Shown here in pieces: positions 44,418 to 53,636 of a DNA stretch of 64,000 bases. The notes under the pieces are model-generated. The model had not been told where the DNA came from, did no database searches, and worked only from the letters and a program-made list of their open reading frames with translations. Source of the DNA: an uncultured Actinotalea sp. (lineage in GTDB: Bacteria; Actinomycetota; Actinomycetes; Actinomycetales; Cellulomonadaceae); NCBI GenBank assembly GCA_964416715.1, contig CAYQFJ010000002.1, positions 15,523 to 79,522 of the forward strand, given 5' to 3'. The position numbers and the translations under genes were made by a program. Within the stretch, counting starts at the first letter, position 1, and every line of letters starts with the position of its first letter.

Positions 44418-45121
44418 CACAGGTCCCATTGTGGGTCGCTGACCCGCCAGTCCCCCGGCAACGAGAACAGGTGCACGGCGTCGTCCCACACACCGTGGTA
44501 CGCCAGGAGACCGGGCAACGCGGCGGTGCCGCGGAACTGCCCGTCCTGGCAGTCGGTGAACACCGCCACGACGTCGTCAGGGCCTTGGCCGACCCACGCC
44601 ACCATGACCTCATCTTGGCCGCGGCGCGCGACGTCCCCCACCGTCACAACGATCCGCCCCTGCGGCAGGAGCGAGTCCGGTGCTGGGAGCTCGAGCGCCT
44701 CGTACGCGTGGGCGTACTTCGCGGCGAGCCGTGCCCGGAGCTCGGGTTCCAGCAGACGGGTCCGCCAGGGGTCGGTGTTGGTGGCCAGGTCGGCGCCCTT
44801 GACTCGCAGAGCTACGAAGCTCATCTTGACGCGCTCGTAGTAGTCGTCCCGCGGTTCATCCCTCCGGTGAGTGATCGCATCCACGGCGTCGGCGACCACC
44901 GGCCCGAACTGATCCCGAACCTGGTCCAGGGTGACATCGGTGTCCTCGACGACGTCGTGCAGCCACGCCACGGTGCGGCCGACGCCGTCGGCGATTGCGA
45001 GACGGTCAGCGACAGCTTCGGGGTGCCGGATGTACGGCCGGCCGGCCTTGTCGACCTGCCCCTGGTGGGCGCGCTCGGCCAAGGCTCGTGCAGCGGCCAC
45101 GACGCCTTCGGTGCTGGTCAT
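44417..45121 (-). CDS. HD-domain protein, RelA/SpoT-hydrolase (Mesh1/SAH)-like
   Basis: AHQGQVDKAGRPYIRHPEAVA, AWLHDVVEDT, VKGAD. Confidence 0.82.
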   Translation of the reverse strand: MTSTEGVVAAARALAERAHQGQVDKAGRPYIRHPEAVADRLAIADGVGRTVAWLHDVVEDTDVTLDQVRDQFGPVVADAVDAITHRRDEPRDDYYERVKMSFVALRVKGADLATNTDPWRTRLLEPELRARLAAKYAHAYEALELPAPDSLLPQGRIVVTVGDVARRGQDEVMVAWVGQGPDDVVAVFTDCQDGQFRGTAALPGLLAYHGVWDDAVHLFSLPGDWRVSDPQWDL

Positions 45122-45506
45122 CGCGAGGCTCCTTCGGTGTCCGTGGGGGTCAGCGACATGACGGACAGGGCACCCGTGCCCCAGGCGACGCCGATCATCC
45201 AGCGACCGGACCGGCTCCGTCCCGCCTGCGGATCGGGCAGCCAGCGGAGCGGCAAGCCGCGCAGCACGGCGATACCGATGTCACCCCACGGGGTGTGCAC
45301 CCGCTTGACGTTCCCCCGGGTCACCTCGATCATCTCCGACCGCCGCGCCGCGTCCTCGGCGGCCTTCTTCGCGGCGGGCAGGCTCTGCTCGGCCTCCTCG
45401 CGGGTGGCCACGTGACGGTGGAGACGAACTCGCGCCCGTCGACCAGCTCGGCCGTGGTGGTCAGGGTGCAGGCCTCCGCGTCGAACCGATGCACCGGCGT
45501 GGTCAC
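45118..45506 (-). pseudogene. Probable frameshifted hypothetical gene, or a sequencing error
   Basis: Coupled GTG start VTTPVHRFDAE...VSTVT changes frame near 45412 into VATREEAEQSL..., which ends coupled to the HD gene. Confidence 0.45.
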
Positions 45507-45856
45507 GGCAGGTCCTTCTGGGGGTACTGGACGACGAGCTCGTCGAACACGAACCGTTCGCCGGGCTCGGTGGGCAGGTTCTCGATACCTACCACCCGGT
45601 CGTGCTCGTCGGTGAGCACGAACACCGTCCGCCCGACCATCGACTCCCACGACTGCGCGCCGGCGGCACGCATGAGCGCTGCGACGAACTGCATCCCGAA
45701 CGCGGTGTCCTTCGAGCCGAGGCTGTAGCCGCCGACTGAGCGCGTCTGCGAGCCTCCGAGGTCGACCGTCAGCTGGGCGGTGAGGATCCCGTGGGTGTCC
45801 TCGTTGGCACCAAGGAACGTGCCGGTGATCTTCGCGATCTGCGCCTGGAAGGTCAT
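45503..45856 (-). CDS. Phage-like hypothetical protein
   Basis: AKITGTFLG..EDTHGILT...GGYSL...WESMVG; coupled within the operon. Confidence 0.6.
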   Translation of the reverse strand: MTFQAQIAKITGTFLGANEDTHGILTAQLTVDLGGSQTRSVGGYSLGSKDTAFGMQFVAALMRAAGAQSWESMVGRTVFVLTDEHDRVVGIENLPTEPGERFVFDELVVQYPQKDLP

Positions 45857-46407
45857 GTCGTGCTCCGCTCGTCAGGTGCGTTGGTGAGGCAGAACGCCTC
45901 GATGGAGTCGATGTGCTCGTCCACCAGTCCCGGAACGGGCATCGGCGTGATGAGCTTGGCTGGGCCGCGATGGCGATCACGAAGGTCGTGCTTGGTACGC
46001 CGGTCCAGGTCGTCGTCGGTCCACACCACGGCCCGGTCCGGTGTGGCGGCCAGGTGCTGCAGGACGAGGCCGTACTTCCACCACGTCCGGTCCGGTGCGT
46101 ACTGGTGACTGATCCAGTCGGGACGTTCCGGGTCGGGCAGGACGGGGAATGCCTCGAGCCCCACCTTGGGTGCCAGCTGCTCCGCTGCGTCGTGGTTCCA
46201 GGTGGTCAACCAGACGATGTCGACCAGCCTGCTGCGGTGGAGGTCGTTGATCCGGGCGATCAGGTGCGGGAAGTACCGGATCCGGTAGGACCGTCCGTTG
46301 CTCGTCTCCACGTCGATGAGCTCGTGCCGGCCGTGCTTCGGCTTCGGCTGGCCGACGCTGTTGATCACACCGTCGACGTCGAGGAACCACACAGGGGTCG
46401 AGGTCAT
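45853..46407 (-). CDS. HAD-superfamily protein (RNA-repair-associated HAD-like)
   Basis: WFLDVDGVIN, WLTTW, WWK, VWTDDDL. Confidence 0.82.
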   Translation of the reverse strand: MTSTPVWFLDVDGVINSVGQPKPKHGRHELIDVETSNGRSYRIRYFPHLIARINDLHRSRLVDIVWLTTWNHDAAEQLAPKVGLEAFPVLPDPERPDWISHQYAPDRTWWKYGLVLQHLAATPDRAVVWTDDDLDRRTKHDLRDRHRGPAKLITPMPVPGLVDEHIDSIEAFCLTNAPDERSTT

Positions 46408-46416
46408 GCCCGACTG

Positions 46417-46424
46417 ATGTGCGG
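46417..46424 (-). promoter_or_regulatory. CCGCACAT motif (TG class)
   Basis: GTGCCGCACAT + 9 nt + ATG 46407. Confidence 0.75.
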
Positions 46425-46452
46425 CACCAGTCGTGGAGCGCACCGGCGGCTG

Positions 46453-46460
46453 CCGCACAT
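46453..46460 (+). promoter_or_regulatory. CCGCACAT motif (TG class), leadered, back-to-back with the 46424 copy
   Basis: CTGCCGCACATC upstream of ATG 46552, which has an AAGGAG RBS. Confidence 0.6.
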
Positions 46461-46551
46461 CCCCCACCGTGTGCCCCGCACAGGCGCGCACACCCATGAA
46501 CGTCCCCACCAACGACCATATCGCCCCGCTGGGGCGCCAAGGAGAACACTC

Positions 46552-47115
46552 ATGGCTTCGTCGAACCGCAGGACCGCGTCGTCCGTCCCACGAGGCGTCG
46601 TGATCGCCTCGATCACCGGAACGGTCGTGCTGGCCGCAGGCGCGTTCGTCCTGTCCTTCGCGTCCCTGACCGACCTGGCCGTCATGGCCGGCATCAGCGC
46701 GAACCTCGCCTGGATCTGGCCGCTGATCGTCGACGGGCTGATCGTCGTGGCGACCATGTCGATCGTCGCCCTGGCAGCGCACGGGCGGCGCGCACTGTGG
46801 TACCCGTGGGCACTGCTGGCAGGTGGGGCCATGGTGTCAGTGGCCGCGAACGCACTGCACGCGATCCTCGCCGCTGACGGGGTCGTGCCGGCCCTCGTGT
46901 CGGCGCTGGTCGCGTCCGTACCGCCGGTGGTCCTGCTGGCCGTCACCCACCTGTCCGTCGAGCTCGTCCAGCGGTCCACAGCACCCGCGCCACGGGCACG
47001 CCGACCCCGAGCGGCCCAGGCAGCGCCTGCCCGATCCACCACCGCCAGACCGCAGGTCCACGAAGGCCCCGAGACCACCAACACCCAGCCGGGCAGCCTG
47101 CCAGCGGCCGCGTGA
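46552..47115 (+). CDS. DUF2637-family membrane protein
   Basis: AFVLSFASLTDLA..AG...AWIWPLIVDG...SVAANALHA...VPPVVLL..THL. Confidence 0.78.
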   Translation: MASSNRRTASSVPRGVVIASITGTVVLAAGAFVLSFASLTDLAVMAGISANLAWIWPLIVDGLIVVATMSIVALAAHGRRALWYPWALLAGGAMVSVAANALHAILAADGVVPALVSALVASVPPVVLLAVTHLSVELVQRSTAPAPRARRPRAAQAAPARSTTARPQVHEGPETTNTQPGSLPAAA

Positions 47116-47182
47116 CGACGGCGCGCCACGCGGCTTGACTCCCGGCCAGCATCCGATGGACACGACGCACGCCCGGCCGTTG

Positions 47183-47190
47183 CCGCACAT
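47183..47190 (+). promoter_or_regulatory. CCGCACAT motif (TG class)
   Basis: TTGCCGCACAT + 9 nt + ATG 47200. Confidence 0.75.
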
Positions 47191-47199
47191 CTGCTGGTC

Positions 47200-47973
47200 A
47201 TGATGGGAACCCACCACGCGATCTCCGGCGCCGCCGCCTGGGTCGCCGTCACGTCCAGCGCCCCGTACACGCTAGGGCTGGCACCCATGCCAGCGCAGGG
47301 TGTCGTGATCGGGTCACTGGTCACCGCGGGCGCGGCGTTGCTGCCGGACGTCGACCACCACAACGGGACGATCGCCCACTCCGCCGGACCCCTGACACGA
47401 GGAGTCGCGGCCGCTGCGGGAGCCGCGTCCGGCGGGCACCGCCACGGCATGCACTCACTGCTCGCGGTCGCGGGGTTTACCGCGGGGTCCATCGCACTGG
47501 GCCACTGGCACGCCGTCGTCCCCGGGTTCGGATCGATCCCCGCAGGGTCCGCACTGCTGCTGCTCGCACTGGTGGCCTTCGCGACCAAGGCGCTGCGGAT
47601 CTCCCGCGGCGGGACCATCAAGCTGTGGGTCACCGCGGCCGCCCTGGTCACCGCGGTCCTCGCACTGGCGCCCGAGCAGCTCGAGTGGCTGCCCCTGTCG
47701 GTGATGGTCGGGGTCATCGTCCACCTGATCGGGGACATGCTGACCGTCGGCGGAGTCCCACTGCTGTGGCCGTGGATCCCGAAACCGTCGAAGGCATGGG
47801 GCACCAACCCGGTGCTGGGCCGCATCTGGATGCGCAACGGGTACATGGCGCTGCCGGTGCTGGGCAAGACCGGGTCGGCACGCGAGTGGGTCCTGTGCGT
47901 TGCCCTGACCGCGTACACCGGGTACGCACTACTCGGCACCCTCGGACTGGTCACAGTCGGGGCGGTGGCATGA
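47200..47973 (+). CDS. YdjM-like membrane metal-dependent hydrolase
   Basis: MMGTHHA, ALLPDVDH, GHRHGMHSL, VHLIGDMLT.GGVPLLWP. Confidence 0.85.
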   Translation: MMGTHHAISGAAAWVAVTSSAPYTLGLAPMPAQGVVIGSLVTAGAALLPDVDHHNGTIAHSAGPLTRGVAAAAGAASGGHRHGMHSLLAVAGFTAGSIALGHWHAVVPGFGSIPAGSALLLLALVAFATKALRISRGGTIKLWVTAAALVTAVLALAPEQLEWLPLSVMVGVIVHLIGDMLTVGGVPLLWPWIPKPSKAWGTNPVLGRIWMRNGYMALPVLGKTGSAREWVLCVALTAYTGYALLGTLGLVTVGAVA

Positions 47974-50840
47974 CAGCCAGTACGGACCTGACCCCTGAGC
48001 CGCACCAGCGCGAAGCCCTCGAGGCGATCCTCGCGGACCTGGCGGCAGGTGGACGCAGCCAGGTTGTGATGGCCTGCGGTACCGGCAAGACCCTGCTCGG
48101 CCGGTGGGCCGCGCAGGGGCACGACGCCCAGGTCGTCGCGGTGTTCTGCCCCTCACTGGCGCTGGTCGCTCAGACGATCCGCGAGTGGCGCTCCGCAGGC
48201 GGGTGGCCCTTCGAGGCGGTCGTGGTGTGCTCCGACCCGACCACAGCCGAAGGTGCCCGCGAACGGGCCGACGGAGACCCCTCCGCACCGTGGTGGTCCC
48301 GGTACGGGGCGAGGGTGACGACGAACCCTGGGCGCGTGCTCGCTGCGCTGAAGCGGGCCCAGCGCGGCCGTCCCGTGGTGGTGTTCTCCACCTACCACTC
48401 CGCCGAGGTCGTGCGCGACGCGGTCGTGGCTTGGGGCCGCCCCCTCGACCTCGTTGTCGCCGACGAAGCACACCACCTCGCCGGTTCACCGCGCCAGGAG
48501 TTCCGCGTCGTCGTCGATGGCACCCTGCCGGCGACGTCGACCCTGTTCATGACCGCGACGTGGGTGACTGCCGGTGGTGGGCGGCTCTCCATGGACGACC
48601 CTGGCGTGTTCGGGCAGGTCTGCTACCGGCTCACGTTCGGTGAGGCGATCCGTCGCGGCTTGCTTTGCGACTACCAGGTGCTGGTCTACGAGGCCGAGGG
48701 CACCACCCGTCCCGATGCGATCTCAGCCCTGGTGGGTGGTGCGACCACCGACGTGAACCGGATGCTCACGTTCCATGGCAGGGTCAGGAAGGCCCGCGGG
48801 TTCGCCGCTGAGCTCGACGGGTACGAGCTGCCGGACGGGCGCACCGTTTCCGCGGGCTCCGTGGCCGGCACCGACCGGGTCTCGGTACGTGAGCAGGTGC
48901 TGTCGACACTGCGGGAGCCGGCACCGGGCACCCTCGCGCTGGTGTCGTCCGCCCGCTGCCTGGCCGAGGGCGTGAACCTTCCGGCGGTCGACGCGGTCTT
49001 GTTCGCCGACCCGAAGACCTCCGAGGTCGACATCGTTCAGGCGGTCGGTCGGGTGCTGCGCACCTCCCCCGGCAAGACGATGGGCACCGTCCTGGTCCCG
49101 GTGGTGGTACCTGACGACGTCGATGACGACTCTGCGCTATCGGTCGCGGCCTACTCGCACGTGTGGAAGGTCCTGCGTGCCCTGCGCGCGATCGACCCAC
49201 GCCTGGCCGACGAGCTGGACGCGATCACCCGAGGCGGCTCCCGCCACGGTGAAGCGATCCGTGGGCGTGTCCGGTTCCGGTTGCCGACGGTCAAGGACAT
49301 CACCGCAGTGACCGCGCGCACGGCCGACCTGACCGGTGTGACGTGGGAGCAACGCCTGGACGAGCTGCGCGAGTTCGCCCACGCCCGCGGGCACGCCACC
49401 CCCGCCGTGTCGACGGCGCTGGGCAGGTGGTGCGACCTGCAACGAAGGGCCTACAGGTCCGGGATGCTGCTCGACCAGCGAGAGGCCGCGCTCGAGGACG
49501 TGCCCGGTTGGGTGTGGGACGTCGACGAGCACCGTTGGCGTCAACAGCTCGGGCAGGTGCTCGCACTAGCGCAACGGTCAGGCGGCCTACCGGTCCACGA
49601 CGCCGACACCATGAGCACCCGCCTTCAGGTGAAGTCACCCCGGGGGCCGAAGACGGTAGGCCAGTGGTGCGCCACCGCGCGGGTCGCGGCCCGGGCCGAC
49701 ACGCTGCCCGCTGGTCGGCGTGACCTGCTTGCTCAGGTCCCCGGCTGGTCATGGGCCGTGGTCAGCGACCACGACGCAGCGTGCGTCGACCTGCTGGGCG
49801 AGTACGTCGCGTGGAAGAAGGACGCGAACGTCCCCGAGGGGTGGTCTGAGGACGGCCTGGACCTGGGGTCCTGGCTGCGTCAGGTCCGCCGTGCGTCCGC
49901 GATCGGCACCCTGGACCAGGCTCTGCGCGACGAGATCACCGTGGTGACCCCACGGACCGGCCCCGGGGCGCTGCAGTGGTACCACCGGCAGTGCCAGTGG
50001 CTCATCGGATTGGAGGCGTTGCGGCAGTTCGCTGATCGGGAAGGGCACGCTCGCACCCCTGACGGGCACGTCGAGATCCTCTCTGACACCGAGGTGGCTC
50101 TGTCGGTGTGGTGCCGACGGCAACGCCACGAACGACGTCACGGCCGGCTCTCGGACCAGCTCGCGCAGATCCTCGAGTCAGTCCCTGGCTGGCAGTGGGA
50201 GATCCAACCCGCGCCGCGGGTACTGCTGGACATCGGGGACGCCAGGCACGGCACCAGAACGGGCTACGTGAAGGGGTGCCGGTGCACACCGTGCTCGGAC
50301 GCCAACACCGAGGAGGCGCAGGAGCGTGACCGGCGGATCAGAGCCGGCCTGCCGTCCACGGACTGGGTCGCGGCAGGCAAGAGCCGCGGGCACCTGCTGA
50401 TCCTCATGGGCCGTGGGGTGACCCGCAACGGCCTCGCGCGTGCGACCGGGTTGAACCCTAAGACGATCGACGAGCTGGTGGACGGCGTCCGGCGTCGCGT
50501 GCACCCGCAGACCCAGGACACGATCCTGGCCTGCACCATGGACACCGTCCGGGATGCTTCCGAGGGGATGCCGGGGCACCGGGTGGATGCTGGCCCGACG
50601 TGGGAGCTGATCGACGATCTGCGTGGCCGCGGCTGGCCGGCGTCGTGGATCGCCCGCGAGTCCGGGATGGGTGGTGCAATCCAGCTCAGCCGGGACATGG
50701 TGACCGCCACGAACGCGCAGCGGGTCCGTGACCTGCACGACCGGATCGGGGCCTTGGGGCCACCGCCACGGAAGCGTGGACAACCGGTCCCGCCGTTGGA
50801 CGTCATCCAAGCCGGCCAGGTCGAGGCGGTGGCGGCATGA
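47970..50840 (+). CDS. SF2 (DEAH) helicase with helicase-associated repeats and a C-terminal Zn/HTH region
   Basis: MACGTGKT, VADEAHH, MTAT, LAEGVNLPAVD, VQAVGRVLR; LGxWCxxQR repeats; HGTRTGYVKGCRCTPC. Confidence 0.88.
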   Translation: MTASTDLTPEPHQREALEAILADLAAGGRSQVVMACGTGKTLLGRWAAQGHDAQVVAVFCPSLALVAQTIREWRSAGGWPFEAVVVCSDPTTAEGARERADGDPSAPWWSRYGARVTTNPGRVLAALKRAQRGRPVVVFSTYHSAEVVRDAVVAWGRPLDLVVADEAHHLAGSPRQEFRVVVDGTLPATSTLFMTATWVTAGGGRLSMDDPGVFGQVCYRLTFGEAIRRGLLCDYQVLVYEAEGTTRPDAISALVGGATTDVNRMLTFHGRVRKARGFAAELDGYELPDGRTVSAGSVAGTDRVSVREQVLSTLREPAPGTLALVSSARCLAEGVNLPAVDAVLFADPKTSEVDIVQAVGRVLRTSPGKTMGTVLVPVVVPDDVDDDSALSVAAYSHVWKVLRALRAIDPRLADELDAITRGGSRHGEAIRGRVRFRLPTVKDITAVTARTADLTGVTWEQRLDELREFAHARGHATPAVSTALGRWCDLQRRAYRSGMLLDQREAALEDVPGWVWDVDEHRWRQQLGQVLALAQRSGGLPVHDADTMSTRLQVKSPRGPKTVGQWCATARVAARADTLPAGRRDLLAQVPGWSWAVVSDHDAACVDLLGEYVAWKKDANVPEGWSEDGLDLGSWLRQVRRASAIGTLDQALRDEITVVTPRTGPGALQWYHRQCQWLIGLEALRQFADREGHARTPDGHVEILSDTEVALSVWCRRQRHERRHGRLSDQLAQILESVPGWQWEIQPAPRVLLDIGDARHGTRTGYVKGCRCTPCSDANTEEAQERDRRIRAGLPSTDWVAAGKSRGHLLILMGRGVTRNGLARATGLNPKTIDELVDGVRRRVHPQTQDTILACTMDTVRDASEGMPGHRVDAGPTWELIDDLRGRGWPASWIARESGMGGAIQLSRDMVTATNAQRVRDLHDRIGALGPPPRKRGQPVPPLDVIQAGQVEAVAA

Positions 50841-51391
50841 CGATTCTGTCCGGGCGCCCGGGTGATGGCTGCCGACAACCGGTATGGGCTCACGACAGCG
50901 GCTCCGCACCCACGTACTTGCCGGAGGATGAGCAGCCGCCCGACGACTTCGGGTACGAGCTGGTCGGCTGGTTCGTGGCGGGTATCACCGTGCCCGTCCC
51001 GGATGCCCACCCTGTCTACGCGGTACGAAACGCCGTGCCCCCGGTGCACTACACGACGGCCCGCGGACGGCCCGGCCGTCGGCGTCGAGACGCCGCGGAG
51101 GGGTGGCGCAGCCCGATGACGGTGTACCTCCCGGACTTCCCAGACTCGCGGTTCCACGAGGACTACTGGCTGGAGGAGAACGAGGACGCCAGGTGGAGGA
51201 ATCTGCGCTGGTTCCCGAACCCCCAGACCCGCCGTGGCATGTTCTGGGCACGCATCCTTGAAGGCCTGCTGATGTGCTATCCGTTCCCCTCGGTCGTCGC
51301 GTTCGCGTGGCGTCACCGCCACACCGGCCATCGGATGCGTGACCTCCGGCCACGTGCCCGAGCCGGGCGACGGAGCGGGGGTCTCGAGTGA
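50837..51391 (+). CDS. Hypothetical protein
   Basis: ATGA coupling upstream and GTGA coupling downstream. Confidence 0.5.
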   Translation: MTILSGRPGDGCRQPVWAHDSGSAPTYLPEDEQPPDDFGYELVGWFVAGITVPVPDAHPVYAVRNAVPPVHYTTARGRPGRRRRDAAEGWRSPMTVYLPDFPDSRFHEDYWLEENEDARWRNLRWFPNPQTRRGMFWARILEGLLMCYPFPSVVAFAWRHRHTGHRMRDLRPRARAGRRSGGLE

Positions 51392-52419
51392 CGATCCTGA
51401 CCGGCCACGCCGGTGCCCGGGTGATGTCGGAGGCGTACGACGACCCGTCGATGCTGGTCGACCAGTTCAAGGGCCGGTACGGGTGGCTGTCGAACTTCCA
51501 CGCCTCTCCTGTGGTCCTTGGCGGGGTGGAGTTCTCGACCGCCGAGCACCTGTTCAACGCGTCGAAGTCGCTGGACCGCGCCGAGCGTGAGCACGTGCGT
51601 GCCGCCAAGACCCCGGCGGAGGCGAAGCGTCGTGGTCGGCGGGTGACGTTGCGTCCCCGTTGGGACGACCAGGTCCGGTTCGACGTCATGACGATGACGG
51701 TGCGTGCGAAGTTCTCCGACCCGCAGCTGCGTGATCTGCTCCTGGCGACCGGTGACGCACTGCTCATCGAGGGCACTGGGGATGCGAAGCGTGCCTGGCA
51801 CGACCAGGTGTGGGGCCAGTGCGGTTGCGACCTGCATCGGCCACAACCAGGAGGGAACCACCTGGGCCGCACCCTGATGAAGGTGCGGGCCGAGATCGCC
51901 GGCCACCCGGCCGGCCGGTGGCCACGGGTGATGGTCACCGGCCACCGGCCCCAGTTCCTGTCCACCGGACAGGCTTCATGGGTGCGGGGGGAGCTGGACC
52001 GGTTGGCGGTGAAGGTCCGTGACGGGCACGACGCTCAGGTCGCCATCACGGGTGCCGCGCTCGGAGCCGACACGTGGTGGGCGAGGTCCGCGGCTCGCGC
52101 GGGACTGAGGGTGTGGGCGTACGTCCCGTTCCTCGATCAGGCGTCGACGTGGACCCCGAGCGAGCAGGACACGTGGCGTCGGCTGGTCGGTGTGGCGGAC
52201 CGGACGCTGGTGCTCGGCGACGGGTACGACGTGCGGCTGTTGCACGCCCGGAACGAGTTCATGGTGCGGGACGCGGACCTGGTGATCGCGGTGTGGGATC
52301 CGGCCAAGACGACCGGCGGCACTGCCTCCACCGTGCGCAAGGCCAGGGCTGCGGGGAAGACCGTGGTCGTGGTGGACGCTTCGGCGCGCCGCACCCGCAT
52401 CGAGCGGCCCCGTGCGTGA
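51388..52419 (+). CDS. NADAR domain fused to a YspA-like SLOG domain
   Basis: NADAR: LSNFHASP, TAEHLFNASK, AKF, DQVWG, NHLGRTLM; SLOG: VTGHRP, GAALGAD, RNEFMV..ADLVIAVWD, GGTASTV. Confidence 0.85.
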   Translation: MTILTGHAGARVMSEAYDDPSMLVDQFKGRYGWLSNFHASPVVLGGVEFSTAEHLFNASKSLDRAEREHVRAAKTPAEAKRRGRRVTLRPRWDDQVRFDVMTMTVRAKFSDPQLRDLLLATGDALLIEGTGDAKRAWHDQVWGQCGCDLHRPQPGGNHLGRTLMKVRAEIAGHPAGRWPRVMVTGHRPQFLSTGQASWVRGELDRLAVKVRDGHDAQVAITGAALGADTWWARSAARAGLRVWAYVPFLDQASTWTPSEQDTWRRLVGVADRTLVLGDGYDVRLLHARNEFMVRDADLVIAVWDPAKTTGGTASTVRKARAAGKTVVVVDASARRTRIERPRA

Positions 52420-52430
52420 GCCCCACGTTG

Positions 52431-52438
52431 CCGCACAT
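52431..52438 (+). promoter_or_regulatory. CCGCACAT motif (TG class)
   Basis: TTGCCGCACAT + 9 nt + ATG 52448. Confidence 0.75.
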
Positions 52439-52447
52439 CGGCAACCC

Positions 52448-52696
52448 ATGACTGCCGGAGCTCTCGATGCCGCCCTGGTCGACCTGTTGCGGAAGGACCG
52501 CACGGACGGGGTGACCGGGGAGGTGCTCACCGGTCGCGTGCACATCGGCAACGAACTGGCCCCGGGGGTGACGCTGTGCGGCAACCGCCCGCGTGGGGTC
52601 GTTTCCCGGCTCCGCGGATCCGTCGCCGATGCGACGTGCACTGGGTGCGTTGCCGCGCACCGCAAGGGCACCGCCCGCTCGTACCGGAGGAGATGA
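52448..52696 (+). CDS. Small His/Cys zinc-finger-like protein
   Basis: VHIG...TLCG...ATCTGC. Confidence 0.55.
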   Translation: MTAGALDAALVDLLRKDRTDGVTGEVLTGRVHIGNELAPGVTLCGNRPRGVVSRLRGSVADATCTGCVAAHRKGTARSYRRR

Positions 52697-52697
52697 G

Positions 52698-53483
52698 ATG
52701 GCCGGCCTGAACGCGGTCCTCGGCGCGTACACCACCCTCCCGGTGGTCGCCGTCGCGGGTGTCGACATCGACGGGGTGCCCGCCGACCGGGGTGCGCGTC
52801 GACTGCTGCGACGCTCGAGTCGGGTCCTGGCCGCGTTCCGCGCCGCCGGTGTGACCGGGGAGGTCGCCGTGTACGCCAACAGCGGTGCCTTCCTGGGCCT
52901 GCAGACGGTCGAGCTGTACGTGCGCACCGGTGAGGGGCAGACGTTCGTTGTCGTCGCCGACACGCACCCGCGCGGTGGCATCTCGGGTCCACTCGGCGAG
53001 CAGGTGCACGTTGCGGTGCGGGATCACACCGGCCGCCCCAAGGGCCGGGTCTTGCGTTACGGCGCGACCCTCGTGGACGTGGACCGCGGACCGGACGTGA
53101 CCCGTACCGCCCTGCTGCGGGCGCTTCGATCAGCGCTGGCACCCGGGGTGTGGGATGAGGTGACGCGCGACCTCGGCAAGGGCCGCCGCGTCGACCTGTA
53201 CCGAGCGGAATCCAACGGGTACTCCGGTCTGGTCGTGAACACCACCGGCCCGGCCGGTCACGTCGTCGCCCAGGTCGAGCGGGAGGGCGGGGTTCACGGG
53301 CTCACCCAGCGCACCGGGTCGACCTGGTCGCGCGGTGAGGGCGCGTTCGGGCGGTTCCTGCGGTCCGAGTTCCGCAACTCCCTAGGCGTGAAGCACGAAC
53401 CCGAGGTGTTCGGCCCTTTCGTCGACCGGCTGTTCGACACGGCCCAGGCGTACGCCGGGCTCCCTGCCGACGCAGAGGAGTGA
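52698..53483 (+). CDS. Hypothetical protein
   Basis: GGAGGAG RBS, start MAGLNAVL. Confidence 0.6.
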   Translation: MAGLNAVLGAYTTLPVVAVAGVDIDGVPADRGARRLLRRSSRVLAAFRAAGVTGEVAVYANSGAFLGLQTVELYVRTGEGQTFVVVADTHPRGGISGPLGEQVHVAVRDHTGRPKGRVLRYGATLVDVDRGPDVTRTALLRALRSALAPGVWDEVTRDLGKGRRVDLYRAESNGYSGLVVNTTGPAGHVVAQVEREGGVHGLTQRTGSTWSRGEGAFGRFLRSEFRNSLGVKHEPEVFGPFVDRLFDTAQAYAGLPADAEE

Positions 53484-53636
53484 CGTCTACGGGCTCGTCG
53501 GTGACCGCAACCGCCACATCGGTCAGCACGCCCCGGCCCGTAGACCGGCTGACCAGGTAGGTGTCCGCCACCGTCGTGTCCAACACACCCCGGACAGACC
53601 GGTGTGCTCGGCCATCTCCCGCAGCATCCCCGGAGG

